The notes under the pieces were generated by a model. The model was not told where the DNA came from and ran no database searches. It was given only the letters and a program-made list of their open reading frames with translations. Below are positions 36,510-50,639 of a stretch of 64,000 bases of DNA, in pieces. Position 1 is the first letter of the stretch. Each line of letters starts with the position of its first letter. The DNA is from Stegostoma tigrinum. Lineage: Eukaryota. Where the stretch lies: NCBI RefSeq assembly GCF_030684315.1, contig NC_081400.1, positions 7,817,464 through 7,881,463 of the forward strand. Direction: 5' to 3'. The position numbers were made by a program, and so were the translations under genes.

Positions 36510-39020
36510 TTATCAGACAGCTGCACTCTCTGCATCCTGAGATCCACACTCAGTGCCATGCATTGCAATGTACACACTCTTGACCACTCTCTCCATCAAC
36601 ACCATTTCACACGGCTTCAGAGCTACCTGCCAGTCACCCACCACACCTCCACCTCCCCTCCCACCTGTTACACCTTATCCTCTGGTTCAAATGATGCTCT
36701 GAGAAGAAACTGTATCTTTTTCTTTCAGACGTCAGGAAACACAAGGTGCAACAATTTAGAGAAAGCCTCTCCCCTCTGGAACCATCCTCTTTCTCCATCC
36801 CTCTGACTGTATTCCCTCTCTTAGTCCCAATTCCTGCAATGTATTTGCTGTCCCTTCCTAACTTCCACTCTCTGACACTGAATGGTCTGTTCTCAGCACG
36901 TAATTTTGTCGCTCTGTGCCCCACCGTAATGTATTTTGGCACGATAGAACATTGAAGTCTTTTTCAATTGTCTTCACCCCCACAGCCATTTCTTTGGACA
37001 AGAGTCCTCTCTCTGTCCCACAGCCCCCTTCACCAAAATCTAACAATCTATCTTCACTGGGACCCGTCCCTCTGGCCTTCCACCTGCACTCAACCTGTTC
37101 ATGAAGAACTTCGACGTGACACTGGTCTCCTGAATTATTCTGTTTGCTTCCCCAGTTCCAACTGATTTTCCTTCGAACCGTTTGACAATGCTGACACTTT
37201 TAAAAAGTTATTTTGTCCTGGATTTTTTGAAGGAAAGTCATAAAGGAAGAGGTGCGGTTGTTGTTGGAGACCCAGTCTGAATCAACAGATTTTTTTTAAA
37301 AACAGGTTAGCAAGTGGAAGGGGAGTGGCCAGTTCAGATTCCTATCTGATGTTCACTGAAACCTCTCTGGTATGTTGTTCCCTCCCGGATTGGAATCCTG
37401 CCTGTAAGAATGTGTGGTTGAAATTGTCTTTTTGCCAAGGGGTGTGTTTATATTGGAACACCTAATTAGTTAAATTACTGTATCGAGTATTCGGTTCAGT
37501 TTTCCAGTAATTAAGTTATTCTAAATTCTCCTTTTGTCTGCTTGTGTTTTAACTGTAGTGCTTGAATACATTGAGTTTTGTGCTGAACTGAGTGATTTGA
37601 CCAGTTACACCACACCTCGAACACAAATGCCACATCTATGTTTAAAATAAGAAAAAGTTAAAGTCTAGGTTACCTTCTTCAAATATTTTGAGGGTGTCTG
37701 GCCTGGTCCAAAATAACTGACTGCACTCTGTTCTGTCAGATTCAACCCTGACTTTGTAATCAAGCTTATGACTAGGGTGGTGCTTGCGAACTGAACTCTA
37801 CATTGAGGAGGTTGTGTGCAAGCTCTCAGATACCTCCTCCTACCTTCCTCTGGTCCATGGCCCCACAATGGAACACCAGGGTCTTGTGTCCATCATGATC
37901 ATTAATCTCTTTTCATCTGTTGATGTACATCAACCCTCCCACCCAACTGCCTCCAAGCCCATAGCTCCCCCATCCTGCTGCTACCCCCTTCCCAAAATCT
38001 GTGAGAATGTCTGCACAGATCCATTGCTTTGATTTGGTCCCATCACACAGAACTCATCTTTTCTGACCTGGATATGACTTTTTGTTTTCCCTTCCCACTT
38101 ACATCTGCACTTCTTCTGATGCTTTACACCACTTTCAAAATTTCCAGTTCTTTGGCTCCAACTGCATCTCTACCATGGACATGAAATCCATTTGCAAGTC
38201 CCTTTTCCATCAGGATGGTCTCAAGTCTGTCTGCTTCTTCCTGCAAAAACGGCCTGAACTGTTCTCATTCTTGCCTGCCGTCCTCTGACTGGCTGCTCTT
38301 GTCCTCACTTTGAACAACTTCTTCTTTAACTCTTCTCATTTTCTTTAGGTCAAGGGCATGGCCATGGGCTCAGTTACACTTATCCCTTAGTGGGGTAGGT
38401 GGCAATATCTTTGAACTGGTCCTTCTCTACTCCATAGTCATACCACTTTCTCCAGTCTCTCGCTGAGAATTGGATAATTGATCAATTTCACTTACAATTT
38501 CCATCCTGTTCTCACCTTCACCTGGCCCATCTATGACTCCTCACTCCCCTTCCTCGACGTCCCTGTTTCCATTTCTAGGTATAGGCTGGCCAGCAATATC
38601 CACTACAAACTCACCTACTTCCACAATTACCCTGAATTGACATCCTCACATCTTGCTTCCTGTGAAGACTTTATTACATTCTCCCAGTTCTTCTGTCCTA
38701 ATTGCACCTGTTTCAATGATGCCAAGTTCTGACAAATTGAGCTCAGAAATGTCTGCCATTTTCCATAACCAAAAGTTCCCCACCACCATAGTTGCCGGGG
38801 CCCTCAGCCATGTCCGATATGTCTCTTACACTTTAGTCCTTACCCTCTCTTCTTCCTCCTACAGCAGGGATGAGGCTCCTGGTCCTTATTTATCATCTCA
38901 CCAGCATCCTTATCGAAAGGATCATTAGAAGCCATTTCCTCCATCCCCAGTCAGATGCCAACACCATACACATATTCCCCTCAATTATCAGCCTTCCGCA
39001 GGGACCTTCCCCTCCATAAA
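36510..39020 (+). mobile_element. Degraded Penelope-like (Neptune-type) RT element interrupted by a solo LTR
   Basis: TMDMKSICKSLFHQDG, KGMAMG, SLPFLDV, IHYKLT..HNY remnants. Confidence 0.7.
37183..37717 (+). mobile_element. Solo Gypsy LTR related to 27291-28091
   Basis: Shared blocks (tgctg.cac.ttaaaaag.tt.ttt.gtcct; cctgtaagaat; ttttgaggg.gtctg.cctg.tcca); splits the Penelope RT element. Confidence 0.65.
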
Positions 39021-39309
39021 TTCCATACCACCACTGATATCTCCAAAACAGCTGTTCAACAATTTACAGAAGCAAGTATAGAATAATTGAATCATTGAAT
39101 TTTAAAGGACAAGATGTCATCACTTTCAAATCTATTGACAGATTCCTTTTGAAATATACAATAGAATCTGCAGCGGCCCCTCTCCCAGGCAATGTATTTC
39201 AAATTTTAACACCTCTCTGAGTAAAGAAGCTCCTCTTAATCTCAGACCCTTGATATCTTGTTGACAGCCTTGGAAATGTGACCTCAGTTCCTAACATTTC
39301 GATGAATGG

Positions 39310-40040
39310 AAACACAAGATGTGTTGTAGTGTCATTGTAACTTGTAGCACAGAAACCAATCTTTTGGTCTAAAGAGCCCATGCTGACCATTATCCCAAAT
39401 TATTTTAATCCCACCTGCCTGTGCTTGGCCTGTATACTTCCTGTTTGTGGACTTATCTAAATATGTTTTAAATATCATAACTGTACCAACAACTCCACTT
39501 CCTTGGAGGTTCATTCCGCTCATGAATCGCTGCTCGTGTCAAAAAAAATAATTGCCCAGCATTTCTTTTTTAATCTTTCTCTTCTTACCTTAAAATATGC
39601 CACCTTATCTTGAAATCCCCCCACCCTAGGGAAAATACACCTACCACTCATTATCTATCGTTATCTATGCCACTCGTTATTTTATAAACATCTACGTGGT
39701 TACCTCGCAACCTCCTACGTGACAGTAAATGAAGTCCCAGTATTTCCAGCCTCTCCTTATCGCTGAAGCACTTAATTCCCGGCAATATCCTGGGAAAGCT
39801 CTTCTGAGCCCTTTCCAGCTTAATAAAACCCTTCCTGTGACAGAGACTACAACTGAACACAATACTTCAGAAGGGGCCTCATTGTTGTCCTACACAACCT
39901 CAACATGATGTCCCAAATCCCCTGCTGAAAGGCCTGGGCAATAAAGGGAAGCATGCCAAATGCCTTCTTCACCATTCTATTAATATGTGATGCAAGCTTC
40001 AAAGATTTATGTACCTGTATATATAGGCCTTTTTTCCCTA
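39310..40040 (-). mobile_element. Degraded CR1 3' fragment
   Basis: RPLLKYCVQ, LERAQKSFPRILPG. Confidence 0.75.
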
Positions 40041-41188
40041 TGACACTGCAGACGCCCCTATTTTTAATCACATGAGAATTGGATAAATAGTATCCGAGTG
40101 TGGTTTCAAACATTATCAAATTTTACCTGCTTGATCTTTCTTACAAAAAAAAATAGATATTTCTGAAATGTAACTTGCTAGCTTGTTCTCTTTTCTTCCT
40201 TTAAAATTATTCCAAATGCAAAATTGACGACAACAGATTTGAGGGTTTCTTTCCAATACAGATTCAGCAGTGATGGTCGGCTGGCTGGTTTTCAGTGTTG
40301 GTTATTTATTTTCCTTTTCAGTAATATGTTCCATTTTATTCTGATACAACTTTTTAACAACCTAGCCTGTTCCATTAGCATTTGTTTCAAATTAAAATTT
40401 CAATATTTACATTTATTTGACCTTGGAAATTCAGCTGAATTCTCATTTCCATGCTTAAACTGGAAACTTGTATCAATTAAATTGTTCAATTCCATTTCCA
40501 GAAACAATTATGTCCAAGCTCAAAATAATATGCCGGCCATTTGGATTGAGATGGGGACAATTTTATTTTCTGTCAGCTCCTTGAGAATATTTTTCATTCT
40601 ATACTTCAGAGGCTAGGGTTGTCCGGTTGATGATTGTTTTCCAGACATACATGCCAGGATTTTTGTACATTACGGGAATTGAGTGAAATCCAGGATAGTG
40701 GTGAAAGCTATCACATCCCAGGTAAAAGATGGAGATTGTATGGTCTGTTGGGATGGGTGGGAGATAACAGCTTCGCTGGTAGGTATGCTGGTAGCATCTT
40801 GTCAATTTAGGTTTGCTTTTGGTTGGAGTGGGGTATTTTTGAATTCGCCTGCTGTCGAATGGGGTAGAGTTTGGCTGCAAACTGGGCAATTTGTCAGGGG
40901 ACACTGTGGAGAAAAGGTGTGGCCAGTTCAATCTGATGGAAAGGGCATTCATGCTCAGTGGACTTTCAGTCATGGATGTTGGGGTGGGGACAGTAATGGC
41001 TCAGATTGCAGGAGTTGTTGCTGCCAGGAGGTGAAAGGATGTTTCCATGGTGGTTGGTTGCAGCTGGAAGGTTTTGCAGGGGGAAGGGGATGTCAGAGCA
41101 GGTTCTAAGGATTATAAAGAATGGAAAGAACATGTTGTTGATATGCATGATGCAGGCATGTGGCAAGATTGTTAGTCATTCATGAGTT

Positions 41189-41406
41189 GTTATCCCCTGA
41201 GAAAAAGAACAGGAAATGACATCACCAACCCAAGGAAACCTAACCAGATAAATAGAAAGCGGGACATAACACCAGCGCTTCGTCGGAGGCTCACTGATGA
41301 TGTTACCTAGAATGGTGACGAAACGTCTGAAAACTAACCTTCCAGCTCAGCGAGCAAACTCACATCCAGAACCTCAACCTGAGCTACAAATCTTCTCAAA
41401 GCTCGC
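41189..41406 (+). mobile_element. Penelope (Poseidon-like) terminal-repeat insertion with 8-bp TSD catgagtt
   Basis: catgagtt at 41181-41188 and 41407-41414; near-identical to the reverse complement of 46795-47030; contains the hammerhead motif. Confidence 0.8.
41291..41330 (+). ncRNA. Minimal hammerhead ribozyme motif (second Penelope family)
   Basis: tca-CTGATGA-t-GTTACC-tagaat-GGTGAC-GAAA-C-GTC-tga; intact core, 3-bp stem I. Confidence 0.72.
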
Positions 41407-43019
41407 CATGAGTTAAGTTAGGTACAATACATTCTAATGCTTTTAAACCTTCGTTCAAGAAATGGGGACTTTGCTGGCTATGCCAATATTTATTTCACAT
41501 CCCTATTTGTCCAGAGGACAGTTAAGCATCAACATATTACTGTGGGTCTGGGGTCATTTGGAGCCCAGGGCAGACAAGAACTGCAGCTTCCATCCATAAT
41601 GCATATAAATGAATCAGTTAGGTTTCTCCTGACAGTGTGCAATGCTTCCATGCTCATAATTAGACCCTTAATTACAGATTCATGTTTAATTCAAACTTCA
41701 CCACTTGTATAGAGAAATACGTATCTTGTAGCCCAGAAGATCTGAGGAATTGATGACCCACTGGTATTCCTGCTGGACTATTAACCTAGTGACTCAATAT
41801 CTGGAAACCCCATTTTGAATTCAACAATGGTAGATGATGGAATTTGAATTCAATAAAAAATCCAGAATTACGAATCCATGAAATCATCTGCGGTTGGAAT
41901 ATCAGGTCTGGCTCACAAATGTCCTTCAGGGAAGGGAATCCATCATCCTCACTGGTCTGGCCTATATTTAACTCCAAACCCTCAACAACGTGATTGAGTC
42001 TCAGTTTATCTCTGAAATAGCCTAGTAAGTCACACAGTAATAACAGTTACTGCAAAATTGCAACAACAGAGTGAAACTGGACAGACTACCTAGCACAGAC
42101 ATAGACACCAGAACTGACAATGGCAGAAAGTCCCTTGTCGATGCTAAAAGGTCCTGTTCACTTACACCCTGGACCTGGTGCCAAAATTGGGACAGCTGTA
42201 TGACAGAGTAGTTAGGTAACATCTTACATGATCATAAAAATGGAATCAGACCTCACAGACAAGGGCAGACCCAGCAAAAATGTGGCCCAGTGGTATACAT
42301 TCAGGGCACAGCTTGCAAGTTTGAAACAAGAAAAGACTAATTTCTACAAGAATCCACCCGTGCTTTTTGCATCAACATTTCATTTAGTCTTATTTTTGTT
42401 GAGATATTCACGCACCTCATGAAAACCACAAACCGTTTTTGTTTCAAAACGTCTGTCCTTCCCGAAACTGTTCATTGATTCATACCTGCTTTACGATATG
42501 ATCATCCTCACAAAGCTGCAATCATAAATACGAGCACAAAACTCCACAATTCTTGCTCTTTTTGATTTGATCTTCCAGGTCTGAATGCCATGTTAACTCA
42601 CGTTGCTATGTCAAATGTAGAAACAAGGGTTTTCTGTGTTTCTAAAAGTTGACATGGTTTGATTTCGATGAATATTTCACCTTTCAGAAAACATATCATT
42701 TTCCAGCACGGTCAATTATTTTGAGAAGCATTTGCAGATGGAAGAAATGTGAACAGAATTGAATTTTTGTCACATTCCAGCTGGGCATGGTCAGAGAGGA
42801 GAGTTCCCTCTGAAGTGAAAGACAGCCAAAGTGAATTGAAGCTGAGGACCAGGGGTCCAGCACCAAAGAAATCTCAGGGAGACCATACGTACATTAGTTG
42901 GTAATAGCTATGAATTTCGCTGTCCATTAAAAGTTACTTTCAGATTAAAAATAAATTGGGGAGTTATTTACAGGTTGCAAGCTAAAAGAACAGGAGGAAA
43001 AATAATTTAAAAATATAAT

Positions 43020-46000
43020 GTAAACAAATGGAGATGCAGGGCTGGGCAATGTGCTGTACTTTCATGTTGTAGGAGCTGATGGATTTCATTGTGGTTTATG
43101 GTGACCTGATCTGGAGTAAGTGTTGGTTGTTTGCTGGAGTCCGAGCTTCAAACACTGCAACACCTCAGGGAGGGAGAGAGTTACCTGGGCACTGTGTTTC
43201 AGGAGACAATCATACTCCTTGAATAAATTAACTCATATTCCATCTGTGGTGTGAGACATGAGGGTGTAACTACGAGCGAGGTGGGAAGAGGGATCCAAAA
43301 GATACTGCTAAAGGAGACTCAGCCCTTGAGCTTGTCCAACAGGTTCCAGATTGTCATTCCCTGTGTGGAGAACAGCGAGGCTTGCAGGGATGAAGAGCAA
43401 ACTGACCATAACATTGGTGCATTGGGAGTTATTCAAAATGTGTGAGAAAAGACAAATGCAGTTGTAATTGGAGAGAGTGTAATCTGGGATAGACACTGTC
43501 CTCTGTGGCCAGGATGGAGAGTCCCGAAGGCAGCGGTTCCTGCTTGATGCTTCTGTTCAGGATATCTTATCTGGACTGCTGAGTGGGATGAGAATGATCC
43601 ACTTGTCTTGGTCCTCGTAAATTCCAACAATAGAAGTAGAAAGATGAAAGAGGTCTGTTGGAAAAATTTGAGCAGCTCGGGGCCGAATTAAAAAGGAGAA
43701 CTAAAAAAGTAATAATCTGAGAAATACTACCTGAGTCACATGCTATTTGGTGTAGGATCAATAAAAATCAAAGAGACAAACATGTAGCTGAAAGATTGAT
43801 GAGGGAGAAAAAGATTTGAATTTATGGGATATCGGTAGCAGTACTTGCGAAGGAGAAAGCTCATCCGATGGGACAGCTCCACATTAACGATTCTCAGGTT
43901 AGAGTTCTGGTGAATCACATTATTATGGCTATTGATAGGGTTTTAAATAAAGTGGTAGGGTGTGGTGTTGTGGGTTTGATTGCATGGAAAACCATAGAAA
44001 ATGTAAGCAGGGCTCAGAAGCAGTTGTTCAAGTTAGGACATAGAGGAAAGACACAGCCAGGAAAGCAGATAAGAAAGCAACCATAAGAAGGTGCACGGTT
44101 GCTGTGATGCAGGTTGGAGGGTCTGGCTACCATGGGCTCCGGGCTGGGATCTAAATATCCAAGAATATGCATCATATCAGAATGACAGCCAGATAAGTGG
44201 AGATGCCTTGTCAGTAAGAAAAGAGGTTAAATCAATAGCAAACAGGGATGTAGGGTTGGAAGGTGTAAAATATTCTTGGTTGAGTTGAGGAACCACAAAG
44301 GACAAAAAAACTGTGATGAGATTTTCATACAAGCCTCATTGCAGTAATCAGGATATGGGACGTAAAATAAGCTGGGAGTTAGAAAAAGCGTGCAAGAAAA
44401 CTATTGCATTTATTATTGGAGTTTGCAATGTGCAGGTGGACTGGAAAAATCAAATTGGTAACATAGAAGACTCGATTAGGGACATATTTGAAGGATCACC
44501 TCAAGGCCAGTGACTATAATATGATAGAATTCACCCTATAGTTTGAGAGGGAGTTCGTTGAATCAGATGCCCAACTATTACTATTGAGTAAAATTAACTG
44601 CAAAGACATAAGTGAAGAGTTAGCCAGAGTTTTCTGGAAAGAGTGACCGGCAGGAAAGACTGTGGAGTAGTATTGGCAGGGGTTTCTGAGTGCAATTCCG
44701 AGGCACAGCAGAAATTAATCCCAAGGAAGAAGAAATATTATAATGGGAGGCCGAAGCAAGCATGACTAAACAGAGAAGTCAGAGGCAGCAAAAAAAAAGC
44801 AAAAAAAAAGGCACACATTGTGGTAAAGATTAGTTGGAAGCCGTAGGGTTGGCATGGTTTTAAACATCTGTAGAGGTCAATGAAAAAGCATTCAGAAAAG
44901 GAGGGAGAAGATAAAAATATGAGAATAAACCAACTAGTAATATGGAAGAAGTGTGTAAGAGGTTTAAAAATAACATACAAAAGGTAAATCAGAGAGGAGA
45001 GTAGACTACTGGAAAATGAGGTTGGAGAAGCCATAATGGAGACAAAAGAAATGGTGGAGGAATTGAACAGATACTTTGCACCAGCGTTTACTATGAAAGA
45101 TACCAGTACATTCCAGAACTTCAAGACAGCCAAGGTTCAGAGTTGACCGCAATGGCTGGCCATAAATTGGGAAGCTAAAAGAACGGAGAAGGTGGGCAAA
45201 TTCCTTGTGCCAGATAGACTACACTCCAGGGATCTGAAGGAGATTGCTGAGGCATTGGTGGTGATCTTTCAGTAAGCACTGGAGAAAGGGAGCATGTCTG
45301 AAGACTCTAAAATAGCTAATGTAACTCTCCTGTTTAAGATGGGTGGGAAACATGATTTTCGAGTTCACTATTATGAATGAGATTGTCGAATACTTGGAAT
45401 TGTGTGTTAAAAATAGGTCTGACTCAGCTTGGCTTCATCAAGGGTTCACAAATCTGCCACAATTTCGTGAAGAGGTATCGAGCTGTTGAGACAAAAGACA
45501 GCAGTGGGCATGGTCAATTTTCATCTCCAGGGGCATCTGACAAGGTGTCACATGGGTGGCTGCTAGGTAAGGTAAGTGTGCATGTTGTTGGGGGCAAGGT
45601 ACTAACAGAGAGAGGAATGGCTGACTGGCAAAAGGCAGAGATTGGGATAAAGGAGTCTTTTTCAGGATGGCAGCTGGTGACCCGTGGACATCAATGGAGT
45701 TTGAGTTCGGACTACAATATATATTCATGTTATACATTAATGATCTGAAGGAACTGAAGACAGTCGCTAAGTTCATAGATGACACAGAGATAGGTGGAGG
45801 AGTGTTGAGGAAACCAGGAGGCTCAAGAAAGACTTTCACAGGTTTGGAGAGTAGGAAAAGAAGTAGCAGATGGAATGTAATTTGGAAAATAAAATGAGAG
45901 ACTGTGCACTTTGGTAGGAAACATAAAGTGCAGATTATGTTCTAAATATGGAAAGGTTTTGCAAATCGGAAGTACAAAGGGACTTTAGAATCCAATTTCA

Positions 46001-46580
46001 GATTTCTCTTAAGGTTAACATGCAGGCTCAGTTGGAAGTTAGGAATGCAAAAACAATGTTTGCATTCATTTTGAGAGGACGAGAATGAAAGAGTAGGGAT
46101 GTACTGATAAACCAGTGTAAGACTCTGGTTGGACCACATTTGGAGTATTATGTGAAGTCTTTGGCCGCATATCGACGGAAAGAAGTGCTGGCATTGGAGG
46201 GAGTCCAGAAAAAATTTGAAAGAGTGATTCAGTGATGAAAGCTTGTCATACATGGAGTGTTTGAGGACTCTGAATCTGTCGTCAATGGAGTTTGGATGGA
46301 TGAAGGGATTGGGTCTCATTGAAACTTATAAAATATTCATAGGCCTGGATAGAGTGGAGGTGGAACAGGTATTCCCACAATTTGGAGAGCTAGGAACAGA
46401 GCACATTGCTTCAGAGTGAAGGGATGATCCATTAAAACAAAGATGAGGTGAAATTTCTTCAGCCAGAGGGCGGTGAGTCTGTGGGATTCATTGCCACTGA
46501 AGGCTACGGAGATCAAATATTTGAGTGTCTTGAAGACAGAGATAGATGGTTCTTGGTTATTCAGAGGATTAAATGCTTTT
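43020..46580 (+). mobile_element. Near full-length but heavily degraded CR1 LINE
   Basis: ORF1 zinc-finger/esterase remnants at 43020-43950, endonuclease at 44100-44550, RT at 45200-46500 (YINDL, KFIDDT). Confidence 0.8.
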
Positions 46581-46794
46581 GAGTCACAGAATCATAGAGC
46601 ATGGCTGGAGGAGCTTCAGTTCAATTCATCCATGGTGACCACAGTTCCAAAACTGAATTAGTCCCACTTGCCTACCTTTGACCTATGTCCCTGTAAACCT
46701 TTCTTATTCAAGTACCTGTTCAAATGGCTTTTAGGTGTTGTAACTTGACCTGAATCTGCGACATCCCCTGGCAGTTCATTCCACATAGGTGCTA

Positions 46795-47300
46795 GTGAGT
46801 TTTGAGAAGATTTGTAGCTCAGGTTGAGGTTCTGGATGTGAATTTGCTCGCTGAGCTGGAAGGTTAGTTTTCAGACGTTTCATCACCGTTCTAGGTAACA
46901 TCATCAGTGAGCCTCCGATGAGGCGCTGGTGTTACGTCCCGCTTTCTATTTATCTGGTTAGGTTTCCTTGGGTTGGTGATGTCATTTCCTGCGTTGGTGA
47001 TGTCATTTCCTGTTCTTTTTCTCAGGGGATGGTAGATTGGCTCCAAATCAATGTGCTTGTTGATGGAGTTCTGGTTGGAATGCCATGCTTCTAGGAATTT
47101 TCGTGCGTGTCTCTGTTTGGCTTGTCCTAGGATGGATGTGTTGTCCCAATCAAAGTGGTGTCCTTCCTCATCTGTATGTAAGGATATGAGTGATAGTGGG
47201 TCTTGTCATTTTGTGGCTAGTTGATGTTCATGTATCCTGGTATTTTTTTTTCATGTTGTTTTGCGGCTAGTTGATGTTCATGTATCCTGGTATTTTTTTT
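46795..47300 (-). mobile_element. Penelope (Poseidon-like) 3' fragment
   Basis: GHHFDWDN..ENFLEAWH-like and SINKHID GIY-YIG tail on the minus strand plus terminal repeat; a 36-bp local duplication at the truncation junction. Confidence 0.8.
46871..46910 (-). ncRNA. Minimal hammerhead ribozyme motif (second Penelope family)
   Basis: Two substitutions versus 41291-41330: one in loop II and one giving a G-U pair in stem II; core intact. Confidence 0.65.
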
Positions 47301-47309
47301 TATCCATGT

Positions 47310-48470
47310 ATCTTTTCCACCCTCCAAGCTATTAATATATATTGTTAATCCTTGTGGTCCCAGCACTGATTCCTGTGGAAACTACTGGCCACAGGCTGCC
47401 ATCCTGAAAAAGAACACCTCATCTCCACCCGCTGTTTCTTCCCCAAGAGGCAATTCTCTATTCATGCCGATACATTGCATTCACCATTGTGAGCTGTTAC
47501 CATATGACTTAAAATTTTCTGAGTTACCTCGAAGAACGTCTCCTGGAGATCCAAGTCCAACACATATACAGTTTCTCTTCTGTGCACTCTGCTTGAGCCT
47601 TTCTCAAAAGATTGTAATAAACTAATCAGATACATTTTCTCTTGCATGAAACAATGCGGACTCTGCTAGATTAGGTTATGATTTACCAAATATCCTACTT
47701 TACTTCCTCAAAAATTGATTACTTTTCAAACGATAGATGTTTGGCTAATTGGCCTGGAGATGCCTGCTTTTGAACTGACTCCATTTTTTAAATAGGAGTG
47801 CCGCATTGGTAATTTCCTAATTCTCTGGACCTTCTTCACAGAATTCCACAGATTTGTAACTCTCTAATTGAAGAAATTGTTTCTTATCTTTGTCTTAAAT
47901 GTGCAAACCTTTGTCCTTAGATTATATCCTCTTGCCTTAACAGTGTCCTACTATGTCCAACTCTATCAAGCCTTGGAGAATCTTGTTTCAATAAGGTTGC
48001 CTCGCTTTCTTCGAAATTTCAACAAATGCTGGCCAAATCTGTCCAACCTCTCCTCATAACACAGCATGCATGCATGACAGCAGTTCGGTGAACCGTATTT
48101 GAACTGATTCCATTGCAAGTAGGTCCTTTTTTTCAGATAATTGCCTCAAAACTATATACAGTGTTTCAATTGTGCTTGGACGAGTATCTTGTAAAGCTCT
48201 AGCAAATCCTCCTTATATTCTTTACCATTCCCTTTGAAATAAAGGTTAATATTCAATTTGCCTTTCCTGTTATATGCTGAACATTGATACTAGCAAAGTT
48301 ATCGACGAAGACTCGTAAATCCTTCTGTCTTAACTTTAGTCAGTCTTTCTCCATTTAGGAAATATTCAGCTCCCTTATTCTTCCTGCAAATGCAAATTCA
48401 AATTGTGGCCCCAACACTGATTCCTGCTGCACACCACAGTTTGTCAATCTAAAAATAATTCCCTTACCCC
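47310..48470 (-). mobile_element. Degraded CR1 fragments
   Basis: RT-like remnants (YVLDLDLQETF; CR1 3' region). Confidence 0.6.
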
Positions 48471-49304
48471 AAAGTTATGCCATGTTCATCAAGCTTCAGA
48501 ATAGAATTCTCAAATATAAGGGTAATTAGTGTCAGGAATTTTATTTATGATTCTCTCAAGTCTGTAACAAATACTTAAGGATCCTGCATCATGGTACCCT
48601 GTATCTAAGATGGTGCCAAGAGACGACATTTCAAATTCCCAAATAAGACATATTCCCATTGAATGATTTCCCCTATAAGGCAGAAATGAAAAGTCATTTC
48701 AATTCTTACTGGCTTGTTTCTCTTTGGAAAAGACTACCAGGAGAATAATGGAAGCTACATATTTGAGTATAATCTGTCCTGTGTCAGATAGATACAAAAC
48801 AAGAGAAAGTGATGAAACATCTGTCGGGAGAAAGCAGATTTATCTTTTCGAGTTCAGTAACTTTCTCAGAATTATGATAGAGTCACTGGATTTGATTCAT
48901 TCATTTCCAGCATCCTAATTTCTTTGTGCTTATTTTGAGTTTGACAGATGCTTGATTTATAAGACAAAGAAGGATCATGGGGTGGAAGTTAGGAAACAGC
49001 AATAAGGCCACAAACATGGCAGGTGTTGAATGGCAGAACAGCTTCATTGATCCTTTATTACAGCCACTGTTCAAACATTGAAGCAAGAGATGAATTTCAT
49101 AATGAGGTGAGAGTGACAGCGCTTGGCATCAATGTCACATTGACTAACGCTGGCATCAACAATCATGGGAAAGTGGAATGAACGGATATCAGAGGGCAAA
49201 TTTCCCACTAAGAGTCACACCTGACATATGAAATGTTATTTGTGATTGTTGGAGATCAGCCATGTCAGCTCCAGGACATCTCTCATGTGTTCTGCGTGGT
49301 AGTG

Positions 49305-50105
49305 TTCCTGCAACCGCAGGAAGTGCTACACCTGCCCCTACACCTCCCCCATCACCCCCATCCCAGGCCCCAAGAAAATCTTCAACATTAGACAGATGTT
49401 CACCTGCACATATGCTAACGTGGTATATTGTATCCGCTGTTCCTGATCTAGCCTCCTCTACATGTGTAACACCTATACTCAGTTCGCAATAAATGACAAT
49501 ACCTCTCAGTCATGAACCACTTCAACTCCTCCTCCCACTCCTTGGACGACATGTCCATCCTGGGCCTCTTCCAATCCCATAATGATGCCACCCAAAGGCT
49601 GAAAAAGCAGCATCTCATATTCTGCTTGTGAACCCTGCAGCCCAATGGTCTCAATGTGGACTTCACAAGCTTCAAAATGTCCCTACCCTGACCTCCTCCC
49701 AAGACCAGCCCAGCTCGTCCCCACCTCTGTGACCTGTCCATCTTTCTTCCGCCTAGCCACTCCTCCCACCTCGCTGACCAACCCGCACTCCCACTTCCTA
49801 CCAACTGGCCTCATCGCTGGCTCCTTGATCTGCCCATGTTCTCTCTTACCTACCCGCTCCACCCTCCCTACTGGCCAACCCCCATCCCAACTATTCCCTG
49901 CCTCCTTGACCTGTCTGTCATCTCTCTACCTGTCTGCTCCTCTATCCACCTTCTATCATCGCCTCCCTATCTCTCTATTTATTTCAGACTCCCCTTCCCC
50001 TCCCACATTTCTGAAGAAGGGTCCAGACCCGAAATGTCAGCCTTCCTGCTCCTCTGATGCTGTCTGACCTGCTGTGTTCATCCAGCTCCACACCTTGTTA
50101 TCTCA
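49305..50105 (+). mobile_element. Penelope-like (Neptune-type) 3' fragment with hammerhead variant at 50011-50040
   Basis: NVVYCIRC, HFNS.SH, LEKQHLIF..LQPNGLNVDF-like remnants. Confidence 0.75.
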
Positions 50106-50639
50106 GAAATGTCATCAAATCTGCTTTTGACCAAATCTGATACGGAGGAGCTAAACTGAAATTGTAATGTTTGGAGTCGAGCAGAATAAAGTCCTGAAGC
50201 TGGTTTCATATCAAGAACTCTGGAATACTGCAGTTGCTGTCTTGAACCAGTCATCAATGACAACAGTATTCTTGCATGGGTTAAGTAGGATTGTGCCCTT
50301 AGTGCCGTTATTTTAAGGTTCTTAACAATTATCTTTGTTCATTAGAATACTATCCATCCAGTAACCCCCTTGCTCTTCAAAGTCATTTCAAAACATGGTA
50401 GTTATATTTCTGGGCGATGGAGAAAGGACTGCTTCTTAACTGATTGAGCACTGGTTGAATGACAAGGTGGTCAACTATAGTATAGACAATGCAAGTTGTC
50501 GGATTGGCATTTGAATTAGACTTCCTTCGGCAGAATTTCAGCAGTGTATCTAAAACATGCACTCCAAAATCTCGCCAAGATGATTCAGTAAAAGTTCCCA
50601 AAGCACAATTGATGATGAAAACGATGAAGCTAACAGAAA

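Noticed and set aside
48600-49030. Initial reading of MFVALLLFP / YLGI as the SAMD9 C-terminus
   Set aside because: YLSDTGQ places this island in the TPR region; better C-terminal matches occur at 40060-40610.
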